A stretch of DNA of 64,000 bases from Gammaproteobacteria bacterium. GTDB lineage: Bacteria; Pseudomonadota; Gammaproteobacteria; SZUA-229. The notes under the pieces are model-generated. The model worked only from the letters and a program-made list of their open reading frames with translations. It searched no databases and was not told the DNA's origin. The stretch lies in NCBI GenBank assembly GCA_041589175.1, contig JBFHWF010000005.1, forward strand, positions 2,555 through 66,554, written 5' to 3'. Shown piece by piece: positions 1-10,147 of the stretch (positions are counted from its first letter, which is position 1; each line of letters begins with the position of its first letter). Position numbers and translations under genes: made by a program.

Positions 1-1
1 C

Positions 2-241
2 GATAACACGGTATACCCGGTACTTGCAGACATATGCAGAGAAGATGAACATATCAGTGTTGAAATTCCTGTTGATAGAATGGTGTTTGAAGAACTTCGC
101 AGGAATCTTATGGAATATGCCGATATCGACGGTATTCATATCATGGTCTCCATATGCGTGGCCCATCCATCCACGTCCTGGGCTATCGGCCAGACTCTGC
201 CCCTGCTAGAGCTCGATTACGCCATGCGAGGTGACGCATAA
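2..241 (+). CDS. 3' end (80 codons) of an unidentified gene entering from the left edge
   Basis: The frame is open from nt 2 to TAA 239-241, which overlaps the next ATG (TAATG coupling). The tail ...VAHPSTSWAIGQTLPLLELDYAMRGDA is not assignable to a family by eye. Confidence 0.35.
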   Translation, partial: DNTVYPVLADICREDEHISVEIPVDRMVFEELRRNLMEYADIDGIHIMVSICVAHPSTSWAIGQTLPLLELDYAMRGDA

Positions 242-642
242 TGAGCTCACTTCATCCGCGACTGGAGACCGACACACACCAGCTGGGATCCACCCAGTCA
301 GGTATATTATTACTGCATACCAATGCACTCGTACCCTGGTTCATTCTGGTTCCCGATACAGAACATCAGGAACTATTTCATATGCCCACTCCCCAATGCG
401 ATAACACCTGGGCAGACATACATACAATAGCCCGTTTCGTCGAGAGTCATTTCGAAGCAGACAAAATTAACATCGCAACGATTGGCAATATTGTTCCACA
501 GCTACACGTCCATATCATAGCCCGCTTTACATCCGACCCCTGGTGGCCGGATCCTGTCTGGGGCAAGCCCGATAAAAAAACATACCAGCCCGATCAGGTC
601 GACAGCATTCGCATTGCGCTGCAACAACAGGGCATCATCTAA
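241..642 (+). CDS. HIT (histidine triad) family hydrolase
   Basis: 133 aa with a histidine-triad motif in ...VPQLHVHIIARF...; the size is typical of HIT proteins. Confidence 0.8.
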   Translation: MSSLHPRLETDTHQLGSTQSGILLLHTNALVPWFILVPDTEHQELFHMPTPQCDNTWADIHTIARFVESHFEADKINIATIGNIVPQLHVHIIARFTSDPWWPDPVWGKPDKKTYQPDQVDSIRIALQQQGII

Positions 643-1519
643 AACCACTTTCATCTTCTACAGCAAGCCACTGATCCAGTTGCTGACGTATCACATCACG
701 AGCCTGTTGACTGGAAAAAAGGGAATTATGCCCACCGGGTATACGCACCAGGAAACTTGAGTGAGGTACTCGCTGGTGCAGGCGAATCACGTGATCGTCG
801 GCAACAACCTCATCCTGCTTACTGTATAAAAATAACTGTTGTTGAGAGAGCTGATTAACGACTTCGATTGGATCATACTGTTTCGTCACCAGCCAGCTGG
901 CCAGCCATTGAGCTGGCCAGGTTAGCCAGTGCCTGCTAAGCATTTCACGAGCAATCAGCGGATATTCACTAAACGGAGCCACCCAGATCATGCCATTCAC
1001 ACCCTCACTCTGGCTGGCCATACTGTAAATACCCATACTTGCACCTAAACTATGGCCGATTATAAATAGTGGACGCTGAGAAGCACGTGCGCTTACATAG
1101 TTCCGCGCAGTTTCGATATCATCTATCGCGCCCGACAACTCTGCTTCACCACTGGACCAGCCATAACCGCGATAATCGAACACAAATACATCATACCCAT
1201 ATTGTGTCAGCCAGTAGACAGCTCCCGTGTGACTACTGATATTCTGAGCGTTTCCATGCAGATACAGTATTGTCGCCTTCGCGACTTCTGTGTTCTCTGC
1301 AAAGAACCACCATCCATGTAACCGTGGCCCTGTCTCCTGTCCAAAATAGATATCTTCATAGGCAATACCATAGTTTGCAGGTGAATCTATGTGCATCTCG
1401 GTTGGCTGCAGAAAATAGCGACTACATGACTGCATACTCAAACATAAACACAGTATTAACAGTCGCTTAAGTACATACATACCGTTAATCTGGTAGAACA
1501 TGTGATTGACCTTTATCAA
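635..1519 (-). CDS. alpha/beta-fold hydrolase, probably exported
   Basis: 294 aa with nucleophile elbow GHSLGAS, LYLHGNAQN oxyanion-type motif and a hydrophobic N-terminal leader. Start is uncertain (in-frame ATGs also at 1501 and 1480). The 3' end overlaps the convergent HIT gene by 8 nt. Confidence 0.75.
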   Translation of the reverse strand: MIKVNHMFYQINGMYVLKRLLILCLCLSMQSCSRYFLQPTEMHIDSPANYGIAYEDIYFGQETGPRLHGWWFFAENTEVAKATILYLHGNAQNISSHTGAVYWLTQYGYDVFVFDYRGYGWSSGEAELSGAIDDIETARNYVSARASQRPLFIIGHSLGASMGIYSMASQSEGVNGMIWVAPFSEYPLIAREMLSRHWLTWPAQWLASWLVTKQYDPIEVVNQLSQQQLFLYSKQDEVVADDHVIRLHQRVPHSSFLVRIPGGHNSLFSSQQARDVIRQQLDQWLAVEDESGFR

Positions 1520-1679
1520 ATTCCCTTGCCTTGCACTAAAACCATGAATGAATCACACATACTGTAAAAAAACGACAACAGAGGCAAGCTTTCTTGCTTC
1601 GCACATAATTACTGCTACTATTGCCGAAGGCGTCCTCACAGACCCTCAATCAAACGAACTCGATATGGAGAGATGTTGT

Positions 1680-2156
1680 ATGAAAAAATTAACAGCAGGT
1701 TCGATTTTATTATTAGCATCATCAAGCGCATTTGCCGTCGCTCCGGGTGGAGGTGGATGCGGCTGGGGTAACGCACTATTTGAAGGCCAGTCTGGTGTAG
1801 CACCTCATGTGCTAGCGGTTACCACAAACGCCACTTCCGGCAATAATACTTTCGGTATGACAACGGGCACAAACGGCTGTAAAGTTGATGGTAAGCTTGG
1901 CTATTCTGGCAAATCCATGCTGGCTTCACTTATGGACGAATTCTCTGAAGATGCCGCTAAAGGCGGTGGCGAAGCACTCACAGCAGTAGCCGTTATGCTG
2001 GGTGTACAGCCAGAAGATCGCGCTCACTTTGCCGAGCTCACACACCAGAACTTTGCCAGCATTTTCCCTGATGAAAATGTCACTACGGACGAGGTTTATC
2101 ACTCTCTTCAGCAAATGATGAAGAATGACGACACATTATCCCGATACGTCATATAA
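1680..2156 (+). CDS. secreted DUF3015-like protein
   Basis: Taken from ATG 1680; the ORF-track start at 1548 adds a non-secretory extension. Signal peptide MKKLTAGSILLLASSSAFA, then GGGCGWGN...TTNATSGNNTFGMTTGTNGC, a pattern I recognise as DUF3015. Confidence 0.6.
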   Translation: MKKLTAGSILLLASSSAFAVAPGGGGCGWGNALFEGQSGVAPHVLAVTTNATSGNNTFGMTTGTNGCKVDGKLGYSGKSMLASLMDEFSEDAAKGGGEALTAVAVMLGVQPEDRAHFAELTHQNFASIFPDENVTTDEVYHSLQQMMKNDDTLSRYVI

Positions 2157-2171
2157 AACCTGTAACTCCAA

Positions 2172-2203
2172 CAGGGCCTGGAATACCAGGCCCTGCTTCT
2201 ATC
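2172..2203 (+). terminator. hairpin downstream of the DUF3015-like gene
   Basis: Perfect 10-bp stem CAGGGCCTGG-AATA-CCAGGCCCTG (2172-2195) followed by the T-rich CTTCTATCT. It lies 16 nt after the stop. Confidence 0.55.
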
Positions 2204-2236
2204 TGCCAAATAATAATACTAACGATAGTTTTGTAG

Positions 2237-4141
2237 ATGCTACTTAAGAAAATACGCCCTGCACTTTCTTTTATTTTTCTAATATCACAATCAATTGTTT
2301 ATGCAGCTGAAAACGATACTCCAAACCTGCTTCAACAAGACATTCAATTTTTGACTACACATCAATTATGGAATCACGACGAGTGGCTCAATTTATTACA
2401 CTATCAGCCTGATGGTTTTTCGGGTGGCTATTTAAGCCAGGTTGACGATAGCGCCTTCTTTTATTCGGAAAACGGCAAGCACAATCCTCAACAGGAAATG
2501 ATCGAAACCCTTAAGCAAATTTATCAGCCGCCTGGTAATCATCCCGACAGCCACGCAAAATGTCGTTTTATTGCTCGCTACCACTGGCTGAAAAATAAAT
2601 TACCTGATCGACTGTCTAACACAAGCAACATACAATGCCCCGAGTATGAGAACTGGCGTAAAAATGTTCCCGAAAACAAAGTCAGTCTTATTTTTCCCGC
2701 TTATCACCTGAACAGTCCTTCATCCATGTTTGGCCACACACTATTAAGAATAGATGCGGCCGATGAAGAAAAAGGATCAACTCTTTTATCGATGGCTGTC
2801 AATTTCGGCGCAACCATAGACATAGAAGACAACTCCTTACTGTTTGCTGTCAAGGGACTGTTTGGCGGCTACTATGGAAACTTCATCGTTACTCCCTACT
2901 ATAAAAAAATAAAAGAATATAACCGACATGAAAACCGCGATATCTGGGAGTACGCCCTTAATCTTACAGCTGCAGAAACATTACGTATCGTAGAACATCT
3001 GTGGGAATTAAAAGACATCAATTTTGATTACTATTTTTTCGATGAAAACTGCTCATACCGTCTTCTCGAACTGCTGGAAGTTGCTCGGCCAGGGCTTGAT
3101 CTGAAAAGCCAGTTTGGCCTTACCGCCATACCCGTCGACACGGTGCGCTCGATTCAACAGGCTGGACTCATTAACGGAATTGAATACCGCCCTTCGCAGA
3201 CCACTAACATCAATGCGCTGTTAAAGAAAATGACGACTAAGCAGCAACAGCAGGTACACCAGCTCACAACCCATGCAGACTATATGGACCATCCTGACTT
3301 CACCTCAGAGCCCACTGAATCACAGATGATGATACTCGACACGGCTTATCGCTATTTACGTTATCAGCAGAATGAACAGGGCAGAAGCGAAAGCAATGCA
3401 CGCAATAGTTACAGAATATTAAACCGCATCAATCAATATACTAACTTCGTATCCTCCGCAGCCACATACCAGGCACAGCAACAGCCAGAAATGGGCCACC
3501 TTAGCAAACGCCTTGCTATAGCCATCGGTGAATATCGCACCGAGGCTTTTCTCGACCTGCGGTTTCGAATGTCTTTCCACGACCTTGAAGACAACATCAA
3601 CGGCTTCCTGGAAGGTGCACAGATCAATATGGGCAGCCTGTCATTACGTATGACTAAAGACGAGGCACAGATACAGCAGCTTGATTTTATCGATATTTTT
3701 TCACTAACCCCACGAAATGCGTTTTTCCAGCCACTCTCCTGGAAAGTCTATACGGGACTGGAGCAGCAGTGGATTCATGGAAAACAGCATCTGACAGGTC
3801 ATGTGACGGCGGGCGCTGGAGTCACCTATGATACCTGGCGTCATGGCTATATCTATGGGCTAATCACTGCCCGGCTGGAAACCAACAGTCAGTTCGACGC
3901 GGCCATTACACCTGCAGCTGGCTTTTCCACTGGATTATTACACCATTTTTCGTCGAGCACCGTACATCTGAATATTAGCGGCGAGGAATTCAATAACGAC
4001 GAACATCGCCATCGTATTGATTTTAAATACAATTTCGTAATATCTCGAAATCATTCAATGGCTTTACGCTGGCTCAGGCAACGTCAGCCTGACACCCTGT
4101 TCAGCCAGCTTGAGCTGGCTTATCAGTACTATTTCCATTAA
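2237..4141 (+). CDS. DUF4105 (Lnb N-terminal periplasmic domain) family envelope protein
   Basis: 634 aa with a signal peptide (...IVYAAEN). The N-terminal region has ...PSSMFGHTLLRI..., typical of DUF4105. The C-terminal third has alternating beta-strand-like sequence ending ...LAYQYYFH. Confidence 0.6.
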   Translation: MLLKKIRPALSFIFLISQSIVYAAENDTPNLLQQDIQFLTTHQLWNHDEWLNLLHYQPDGFSGGYLSQVDDSAFFYSENGKHNPQQEMIETLKQIYQPPGNHPDSHAKCRFIARYHWLKNKLPDRLSNTSNIQCPEYENWRKNVPENKVSLIFPAYHLNSPSSMFGHTLLRIDAADEEKGSTLLSMAVNFGATIDIEDNSLLFAVKGLFGGYYGNFIVTPYYKKIKEYNRHENRDIWEYALNLTAAETLRIVEHLWELKDINFDYYFFDENCSYRLLELLEVARPGLDLKSQFGLTAIPVDTVRSIQQAGLINGIEYRPSQTTNINALLKKMTTKQQQQVHQLTTHADYMDHPDFTSEPTESQMMILDTAYRYLRYQQNEQGRSESNARNSYRILNRINQYTNFVSSAATYQAQQQPEMGHLSKRLAIAIGEYRTEAFLDLRFRMSFHDLEDNINGFLEGAQINMGSLSLRMTKDEAQIQQLDFIDIFSLTPRNAFFQPLSWKVYTGLEQQWIHGKQHLTGHVTAGAGVTYDTWRHGYIYGLITARLETNSQFDAAITPAAGFSTGLLHHFSSSTVHLNISGEEFNNDEHRHRIDFKYNFVISRNHSMALRWLRQRQPDTLFSQLELAYQYYFH

Positions 4142-4247
4142 TCGTAAAACCGAGCCTGTCGCTAATTAGCCCTTCTCCATCAGTTCAAAGCATCGTCCAA
4201 CTGCGTTAAAATAGCAGCCCGTTTTTTTACGCTGACCGGATACCAAC

Positions 4248-4643
4248 ATGCTACTCAAACTGCTACGTGAAGGCCTTGGCCGCTTTATCATATTGATCAG
4301 TTTTTTCATCCCTACGGGTCGCACAAGACGCACTGCGGAAGAGCAATCCTGTGTGGATAAAAAAACCTCCGCCCTCTCGCTTTATCAGTTCTACGCATGC
4401 CCTTTCTGCCTGAAAACTCGCAGGGCGTTTAAACGTCTGGGCCTGAATATCGAAACCCGTGACGCACAGAAGAATCCACACCGAGCCGAGCTGTTAGCAG
4501 GTGGCGGCGAAATTAAGGTTCCCTGCCTGCGCATTGAGCAAAATGGTGAAACCATCTGGATGTACGAGTCCAGCGATATTATCGCCTTCCTTGAACAGCA
4601 ATATGGCGAGAATAGCCAGCCCTGCAGTGAAATTTCTGGCTAA
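4248..4643 (+). CDS. glutaredoxin-family protein with N-terminal hydrophobic segment
   Basis: 131 aa with a CPFC active site in ...LYQFYACPFCLKTRRAF... and a downstream ...KVPCL... element of the thioredoxin fold. Confidence 0.75.
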   Translation: MLLKLLREGLGRFIILISFFIPTGRTRRTAEEQSCVDKKTSALSLYQFYACPFCLKTRRAFKRLGLNIETRDAQKNPHRAELLAGGGEIKVPCLRIEQNGETIWMYESSDIIAFLEQQYGENSQPCSEISG

Positions 4644-4654
4644 TACTGACATAC

Positions 4655-5302
4655 ATGGAGCAGCGCCATCCGGTCTTATATAGCTTTCGACGCTGCCCCT
4701 ACGCCATGCGGGCTCGTATGGCAATCCGCTATGCCGGAGTTAACGTCGAGTTGCGCGAAATCATCCTGAAGTGCAAACCCGAGGCCATGCTGAATGCATC
4801 ACCCAAGGGTACAGTTCCCGTGCTGGTACTAACAGACGGCGCGGTACTGGATGAAAGCATCGACATCATCAACTGGGCGCTTTCACAGGGAGACCCTGAT
4901 GGCTGGAAGCCAGCCAGCGTAGCGCATACACACGCTACCGAGCTATTGCTCGACAAGAATGACAACCACTTCAAGACCCACCTCGATCACTATAAATATC
5001 ACGATCGCTTCCCGGAATTTGATCAGCTACACTACCGCAGGCAGGGTGAGGCTTTTCTCGCTTTACTTGACGAGCAGCTAGCAACCCATAGATTCCTGCT
5101 GTCGAACCTGCCCGGCCTGATTGATATTGCAATATTTCCCTTTATTCGTCAGTTTGCCTATGTCGATATAGCCTGGTTCCGGCAGTCCGGGTACACAAAC
5201 CTCATCCGCTGGCTCGATTACTGGCTGGAATCCAGCCTGTTTGAGTCGATTATGGAAAAATACCCTGCCTGGGATAGTCAGCAGCAACCGATTATTTTCT
5301 GA
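4655..5302 (+). CDS. glutathione S-transferase family protein
   Basis: 215 aa with a GST N-terminal thioredoxin-like domain (LYSFRRCPYAMRARMAI...GTVPVL...ESIDII) plus a helical C-terminal domain. Confidence 0.7.
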   Translation: MEQRHPVLYSFRRCPYAMRARMAIRYAGVNVELREIILKCKPEAMLNASPKGTVPVLVLTDGAVLDESIDIINWALSQGDPDGWKPASVAHTHATELLLDKNDNHFKTHLDHYKYHDRFPEFDQLHYRRQGEAFLALLDEQLATHRFLLSNLPGLIDIAIFPFIRQFAYVDIAWFRQSGYTNLIRWLDYWLESSLFESIMEKYPAWDSQQQPIIF

Positions 5303-5404
5303 GCTATTTATCAATCAGCCTGGCTGTACTATAAAATAACTATTATCCAGCGTTTTCTGGTATAAGAATTTATACATCATCATTAAGACAGCAAGGAGTG
5401 TACA

Positions 5405-7078
5405 ATGTCTCACGCCTGGTACAAAAGCTACCCCGAAGGCATCCCTCATGATGCAGACATACACGCCTATGACTCGCTCATCGACGTGCTAGAGCAGTCT
5501 TTTTCACAATATCAGAACAATCCCTGTTTCTCGAATTTCGGCAAAACTCTCAGCTACAGGGAAATTGACCAGTATAGCCGTGACCTTGCCGCCTACCTGC
5601 AGAATGGACTTGGTCTTAATAAAGGTGATCGCATTGCTATCATGATGCCCAACCTGTTACAGAATCCGGTCGCAATCATTGCCGCATTACGTGCCGGACT
5701 TACTGTGGTCAATACCAACCCCCTGTACACCGTGAGCGAATTAAAGCATCAGCTGAATGACTCTGGTGCAAGCGCAATTATTATTCTTGAAAATTTTGCC
5801 AGCACACTGGAAAAAGTTATCGCAGATACATCCATCAAACACACCATTATCACTCGCATGGGCGATATGCTTAGTTTCCCCAAAAGCTGCATCATCAACC
5901 TTGTCGTAAAACATGTGAAAAAAATGGTACCGGCATTTACAATCAACCATTCGATCGCCTATAAACACGCACTCAAAACGGGTCGTTCGCAGGAACTTAA
6001 ACGCCCATCTCTTACACAGCAGGATATCGCGTTCCTACAGTACACTGGTGGCACTACCGGCGTCGCCAAAGGCGCCATCCTGACTCATGGGAACATGGTT
6101 GCAAATCTACAACAGGTCAGTGAATGGATTGAACCTTTTGTCGATAAAGGCAAGGAACATATCATAACCGCTCTGCCGCTTTATCATATCTTTTCCTTAC
6201 TGGCGAATTGCATGTTCTTTATGAAAATTGGTGGGCTCAATCACCTGATAACAAACCCACGCGACATGAAAGGCTTTGTAAAGGAAATACGTACTGCACA
6301 ATTTACCGCTCTCACAGGTGTTAACACACTATTCAATGGTTTATTAAACACGCCGGGCTTTTCAGATGTAGATTTTTCCAAACTAAAAATTACCCTGGGT
6401 GGGGGCATGGCGGTACAGAAATCCGTAGCTGACAGGTGGCAGGACATAACAGGCAGTTGTCTGCTGGAAGCCTACGGCCTAACAGAAACATCACCCGCTG
6501 TATGCATTAACCCTATGAACCTTAAATCCTATAATGGAAAAATAGGGCTACCGATACCATTAACGGATGTCTGTATTAAAGACGACAATAATCAGCAACT
6601 CCCCGCCGGTGAAGCGGGTGAAATCTGCATCAAAGGGCCCCAGGTAACACCGGGGTATTACAATCGTCCCGAGGAAACCGCTAAAGTCTTTGACGATGAG
6701 GGCTGGTTTCATAGTGGTGACATTGGCTTTATGGATGACGATGGTTATTTCCAGATCGTGGATCGTAAAAAAGACATGATTATTGTTTCTGGCTTTAATG
6801 TATACCCGAATGAAGTTGAAGCCGTTATTTCCAGTCATGAGGATGTGCTTGAAGTGGGTGTGATTGGTAAACCCGATGACATCTCTGGCGAGGTGGTCAT
6901 GGCGGTTATCGTCAGTAAAAACCCAGATTTAAGCCTCAAAGATATACAACTACATTGCGAGGCATCTCTGACGCGCTATAAAATACCCAAGCATGTCGAG
7001 TTCGTGGATGAAGTGCCCAAGTCAAATGTTGGAAAAATACTACGTCGTGAGCTTCGTGAGATGTTTTTCAAAACATAA
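5405..7078 (+). CDS. fadD: long-chain-fatty-acid--CoA ligase
   Basis: 557 aa with AMP-binding motif YTGGTTGVAKGA, the later GEICIKGPQVTPGYY and SGDIG...DRKKDMIIVSGFNVYP motifs, and RBS AAGGAG upstream. Confidence 0.9.
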   Translation: MSHAWYKSYPEGIPHDADIHAYDSLIDVLEQSFSQYQNNPCFSNFGKTLSYREIDQYSRDLAAYLQNGLGLNKGDRIAIMMPNLLQNPVAIIAALRAGLTVVNTNPLYTVSELKHQLNDSGASAIIILENFASTLEKVIADTSIKHTIITRMGDMLSFPKSCIINLVVKHVKKMVPAFTINHSIAYKHALKTGRSQELKRPSLTQQDIAFLQYTGGTTGVAKGAILTHGNMVANLQQVSEWIEPFVDKGKEHIITALPLYHIFSLLANCMFFMKIGGLNHLITNPRDMKGFVKEIRTAQFTALTGVNTLFNGLLNTPGFSDVDFSKLKITLGGGMAVQKSVADRWQDITGSCLLEAYGLTETSPAVCINPMNLKSYNGKIGLPIPLTDVCIKDDNNQQLPAGEAGEICIKGPQVTPGYYNRPEETAKVFDDEGWFHSGDIGFMDDDGYFQIVDRKKDMIIVSGFNVYPNEVEAVISSHEDVLEVGVIGKPDDISGEVVMAVIVSKNPDLSLKDIQLHCEASLTRYKIPKHVEFVDEVPKSNVGKILRRELREMFFKT

Positions 7079-7155
7079 TGAAGATCTCACTGATCTCGCT
7101 CTAGCGGTCAGTATTTGTTAAAATATCGGGCTGTACACTCAAGCCAGATAAGACC

Positions 7156-8034
7156 ATGAGCCTTCATACTAGCAATATAAGCAACCTCAAACTCCTGCAT
7201 AAAGGCAAGGTTCGCGATATCTATGATATCGACGACAAGCATATGCTCATCGTGACCACCGACCGTATTTCCGCGTTCGATGTAATTATGCCAAACCCGA
7301 TCCCGGATAAGGGCATCATCCTCAATGAAGTAACACGCTTCTGGCTTAATCGACTTGAGCACATTATTCCAAATCATCTGGCCGATATTCCGCTCAGCGA
7401 CATCATAACAGACGCTAATGAGCGCAAAGCCGTTGAGCGACATGCAATGGTCGTAAAGAAACTGAAGGCTCTGCCCGTCGAAGCTATCGTACGTGGATAT
7501 ATTATTGGCTCCGGCTGGAAAGATTACCAGACCAGCGGTAGCATCTGTGGCATTAAGCTGCCCGAAGGCTTACACCTGGCCGATAAATTACCCGAACCGA
7601 TTTACACACCTTCCAGCAAGGCAGACGTCGGCGAGCACGATGAGAACATCGATTTCAACAAGACCGTTGAATTACTGGGTGAAGATCTCGCAAACCAGGT
7701 AAAAGATGTCAGCCTCAGGCTCTATAAGGAAGCCGCAGATTTTGCACTGCAGCGTGGCATTATCATTGCCGACACCAAATTCGAATTTGGCGTAGATGAA
7801 AACAATCAGCTCGTTCTGATCGATGAAGTCCTGACACCTGACTCCTCAAGATTCTGGCCGGCAGATCAGTATCAACCCGGCACAAGTCCAATGAGTTTCG
7901 ACAAGCAGTTTGTTCGCGATTACCTCGAAACACTCGACTGGAACAAGACGGCTCCTGGCCCCGAATTGCCAGATGATATCGTCAGTAAAACCTCAGAGAA
8001 ATATCACGAAGCACTGACCCGTCTTACTCGCTAG
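7156..8034 (+). CDS. purC: phosphoribosylaminoimidazole-succinocarboxamide (SAICAR) synthase
   Basis: 292 aa with N-terminus ...[29 protein letters not shown] and ...[10 protein letters not shown]..., typical of the long PurC form. Confidence 0.93.
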   Translation: MSLHTSNISNLKLLHKGKVRDIYDIDDKHMLIVTTDRISAFDVIMPNPIPDKGIILNEVTRFWLNRLEHIIPNHLADIPLSDIITDANERKAVERHAMVVKKLKALPVEAIVRGYIIGSGWKDYQTSGSICGIKLPEGLHLADKLPEPIYTPSSKADVGEHDENIDFNKTVELLGEDLANQVKDVSLRLYKEAADFALQRGIIIADTKFEFGVDENNQLVLIDEVLTPDSSRFWPADQYQPGTSPMSFDKQFVRDYLETLDWNKTAPGPELPDDIVSKTSEKYHEALTRLTR

Positions 8035-8036
8035 AA

Positions 8037-8699
8037 ATGCGTGGCTTATTTATTACAGGCAGCGACACAGGCGTAGGTAAAACCTATATCAGCTGCCAGC
8101 TACTTGAGACTATTTCCAGGCAGCTCAGTGTAACCCCCTGCAAGCCTGTGGAGTCTGGCTGCGAGCTGATTGATGGAAACCTGTTTCCAGCTGATGCTAA
8201 CGCCCTCAGGCTTGCAAGCCAGTCTCAACTTTCACTGGATATGATATGCCCAAACACCTTTAGTGATGCCCTGTCACCACAACTGGCAGCACGTATTGCC
8301 GATCGTCGCGTTAGTCTCGAACAACTTGCAGACCACTGTAAATCACTCTCAGAGAAGAGCGACATTCTGCTGGTGGAAGGTGCCGGAGGCTTTCTTTCGC
8401 CTATCTGCGAAAAAGCACTCAATGCCGACCTGGCACATGCCCTCAATCTACCAGTAGTACTCGTTGTCGATGATCGGCTTGGTGGTGTCAACCAGGCACT
8501 TATGGGACTGAATGCCATACAGCATTATCAGCTGCAGGCTCGCGCTGTGATCCTTAATCAGACCAGTCAACAGACGCCACCTCATGGCATGGATAATGCT
8601 GCGGAGCTGGCTGAGTTGTCGCCTGTACCAGTTTTTACCAACGCTTATGGACAAAGCCTGGATACTTCAACCCTGTCGTCCATCCTTCACCCACTGTAA
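8037..8699 (+). CDS. bioD: dethiobiotin synthase
   Basis: 220 aa with P-loop ITGSDTGVGKT, VEGAGG motif and the expected size. It starts 2 nt after the purC stop. Confidence 0.85.
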   Translation: MRGLFITGSDTGVGKTYISCQLLETISRQLSVTPCKPVESGCELIDGNLFPADANALRLASQSQLSLDMICPNTFSDALSPQLAARIADRRVSLEQLADHCKSLSEKSDILLVEGAGGFLSPICEKALNADLAHALNLPVVLVVDDRLGGVNQALMGLNAIQHYQLQARAVILNQTSQQTPPHGMDNAAELAELSPVPVFTNAYGQSLDTSTLSSILHPL

Positions 8700-8846
8700 T
8701 CCGCAGAAGCTTGAGTTGGCTCACATTATCACTCAGCTATAATTGCCATACTAAAAAATGCATCTCCACGCTCATCGATTTATTGTGATATCAGAGAAAT
8801 ACAGGATCTGACTTACTGACAATAATTAATACAGGCAGGACTTATT

Positions 8847-9653
8847 ATGTATTCATATACACGCATCATTCCGATAACAGGCTTTCTTATTCTCACTGGT
8901 TGCGGCGGCAGTAGCAGCTCTCCCTCGATTACCGCCGATAATGTGCAGAGCCTGTCGATAGCGGCAACCGAGGGTGCCAGCCAGAGCATTAGTTCAAACA
9001 AGGCCAATTTATTCAATTATAAAACGTCTTCTGACGTCAGTACTTCACAGGCTGTTGATGACTTCAATAAATCTTTAACTGAAAATATTTACAGCCCTGC
9101 CTTCGCCTGCATTAACTCACCCACAGGTCAGTTTACTGATAATTTCGGCACTGGCCCAACTGGCAGTTATGATTTTGTACAGTGTGAGGTTACTACGGGT
9201 ATCGTCATTAATGGCTCGGTAGTGATATCCGGTTCTCAGTCAGCTTTTTCACTAAGCTATAATAACTTCACGGTTAAGATTGGTGACAATCCGGCACAGG
9301 AAATTGATCTTTCGATAGACTGTGAAATTACTAATAACACTACGAGCTGCACCAAGAGTTCCTCTGTACTCGGCATAGACAATCGTACCTATACCATATC
9401 GAATCTCAGTGTTTCCGGGGATGAGGTGAATGGATACAATGTTACCGCCACGGTCACAGACCCTGACCATGGCAAGATCGATATAAACGCATCAGATATG
9501 TACTTTAATTGCAGCTCACCTTATGAAGACCGACCCAGCTCCGGTCAAATCACCTTTTCAGCTGGTGGAAAATCGGCAACGGTCGTTTACAACAGCTGCA
9601 ATAGCTATACCGTTACACTCGATGGTGTCGCCAATATTTATAGCTGGCTATAA
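8847..9653 (+). CDS. orphan lipoprotein, Ser/Thr/Asn-rich with 8 mature-region Cys
   Basis: 268 aa with lipobox LILTGC followed by GGSSSS. No family was recognised. Confidence 0.6.
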   Translation: MYSYTRIIPITGFLILTGCGGSSSSPSITADNVQSLSIAATEGASQSISSNKANLFNYKTSSDVSTSQAVDDFNKSLTENIYSPAFACINSPTGQFTDNFGTGPTGSYDFVQCEVTTGIVINGSVVISGSQSAFSLSYNNFTVKIGDNPAQEIDLSIDCEITNNTTSCTKSSSVLGIDNRTYTISNLSVSGDEVNGYNVTATVTDPDHGKIDINASDMYFNCSSPYEDRPSSGQITFSAGGKSATVVYNSCNSYTVTLDGVANIYSWL

Positions 9654-9694
9654 ACAATTTTCAAACAGCCTTTTTAGCGTCATATAACTTACAG

Positions 9695-9724
9695 AAAAAA
9701 GCCCCGTTATCGGGGCTTTTTTAT
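9695..9724. terminator. bidirectional intrinsic terminator between convergent genes
   Basis: A6-GCCCCG-TTAT-CGGGGC-T6, with A-run and T-run flanks, lying between the lipoprotein (+) and FKBP (-) genes. Confidence 0.8.
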
Positions 9725-9793
9725 ATTTTTAGCTAAACAACATCGTTTAATCTGTTTAAGACGCTATGATTTTACACGGCATCGCATCAACAT

Positions 9794-10129
9794 TTAACGT
9801 ATATCTAATAGCTCAACCTCAAATACTAGTGTTGCATTGGGTGGAATCACGCCGCCCGCGCCATGAGCACCATAACCCATTTCTGGCGGAATGGTTAACT
9901 TACGCTTACCGCCAACCTTCATACCTTTAACACCTTCATCCCAGCCACGAATAACCTGGCCAACACCCAGCGTAAAACTAAATGGGTCATTACGATCCAG
10001 GCTTGAATCAAACTTGCTTCCATCCGTTAACCATCCGGTGTAGTGCACAACTACAATCTGTGCGCCTTCACCCGCACCGGCTTCTGCACCTTCACCAACA
10101 GTTAAATCTTCAATCAGTAATTCAGACAT
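9794..10129 (-). CDS. FKBP-type peptidyl-prolyl cis-trans isomerase
   Basis: 111 aa containing ...[16 protein letters not shown]...[36 protein letters not shown]...LVFEVELL. Confidence 0.92.
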   Translation of the reverse strand: MSELLIEDLTVGEGAEAGAGEGAQIVVVHYTGWLTDGSKFDSSLDRNDPFSFTLGVGQVIRGWDEGVKGMKVGGKRKLTIPPEMGYGAHGAGGVIPPNATLVFEVELLDIR

Positions 10130-10147
10130 ATTTTTACTCCAGTTTAC

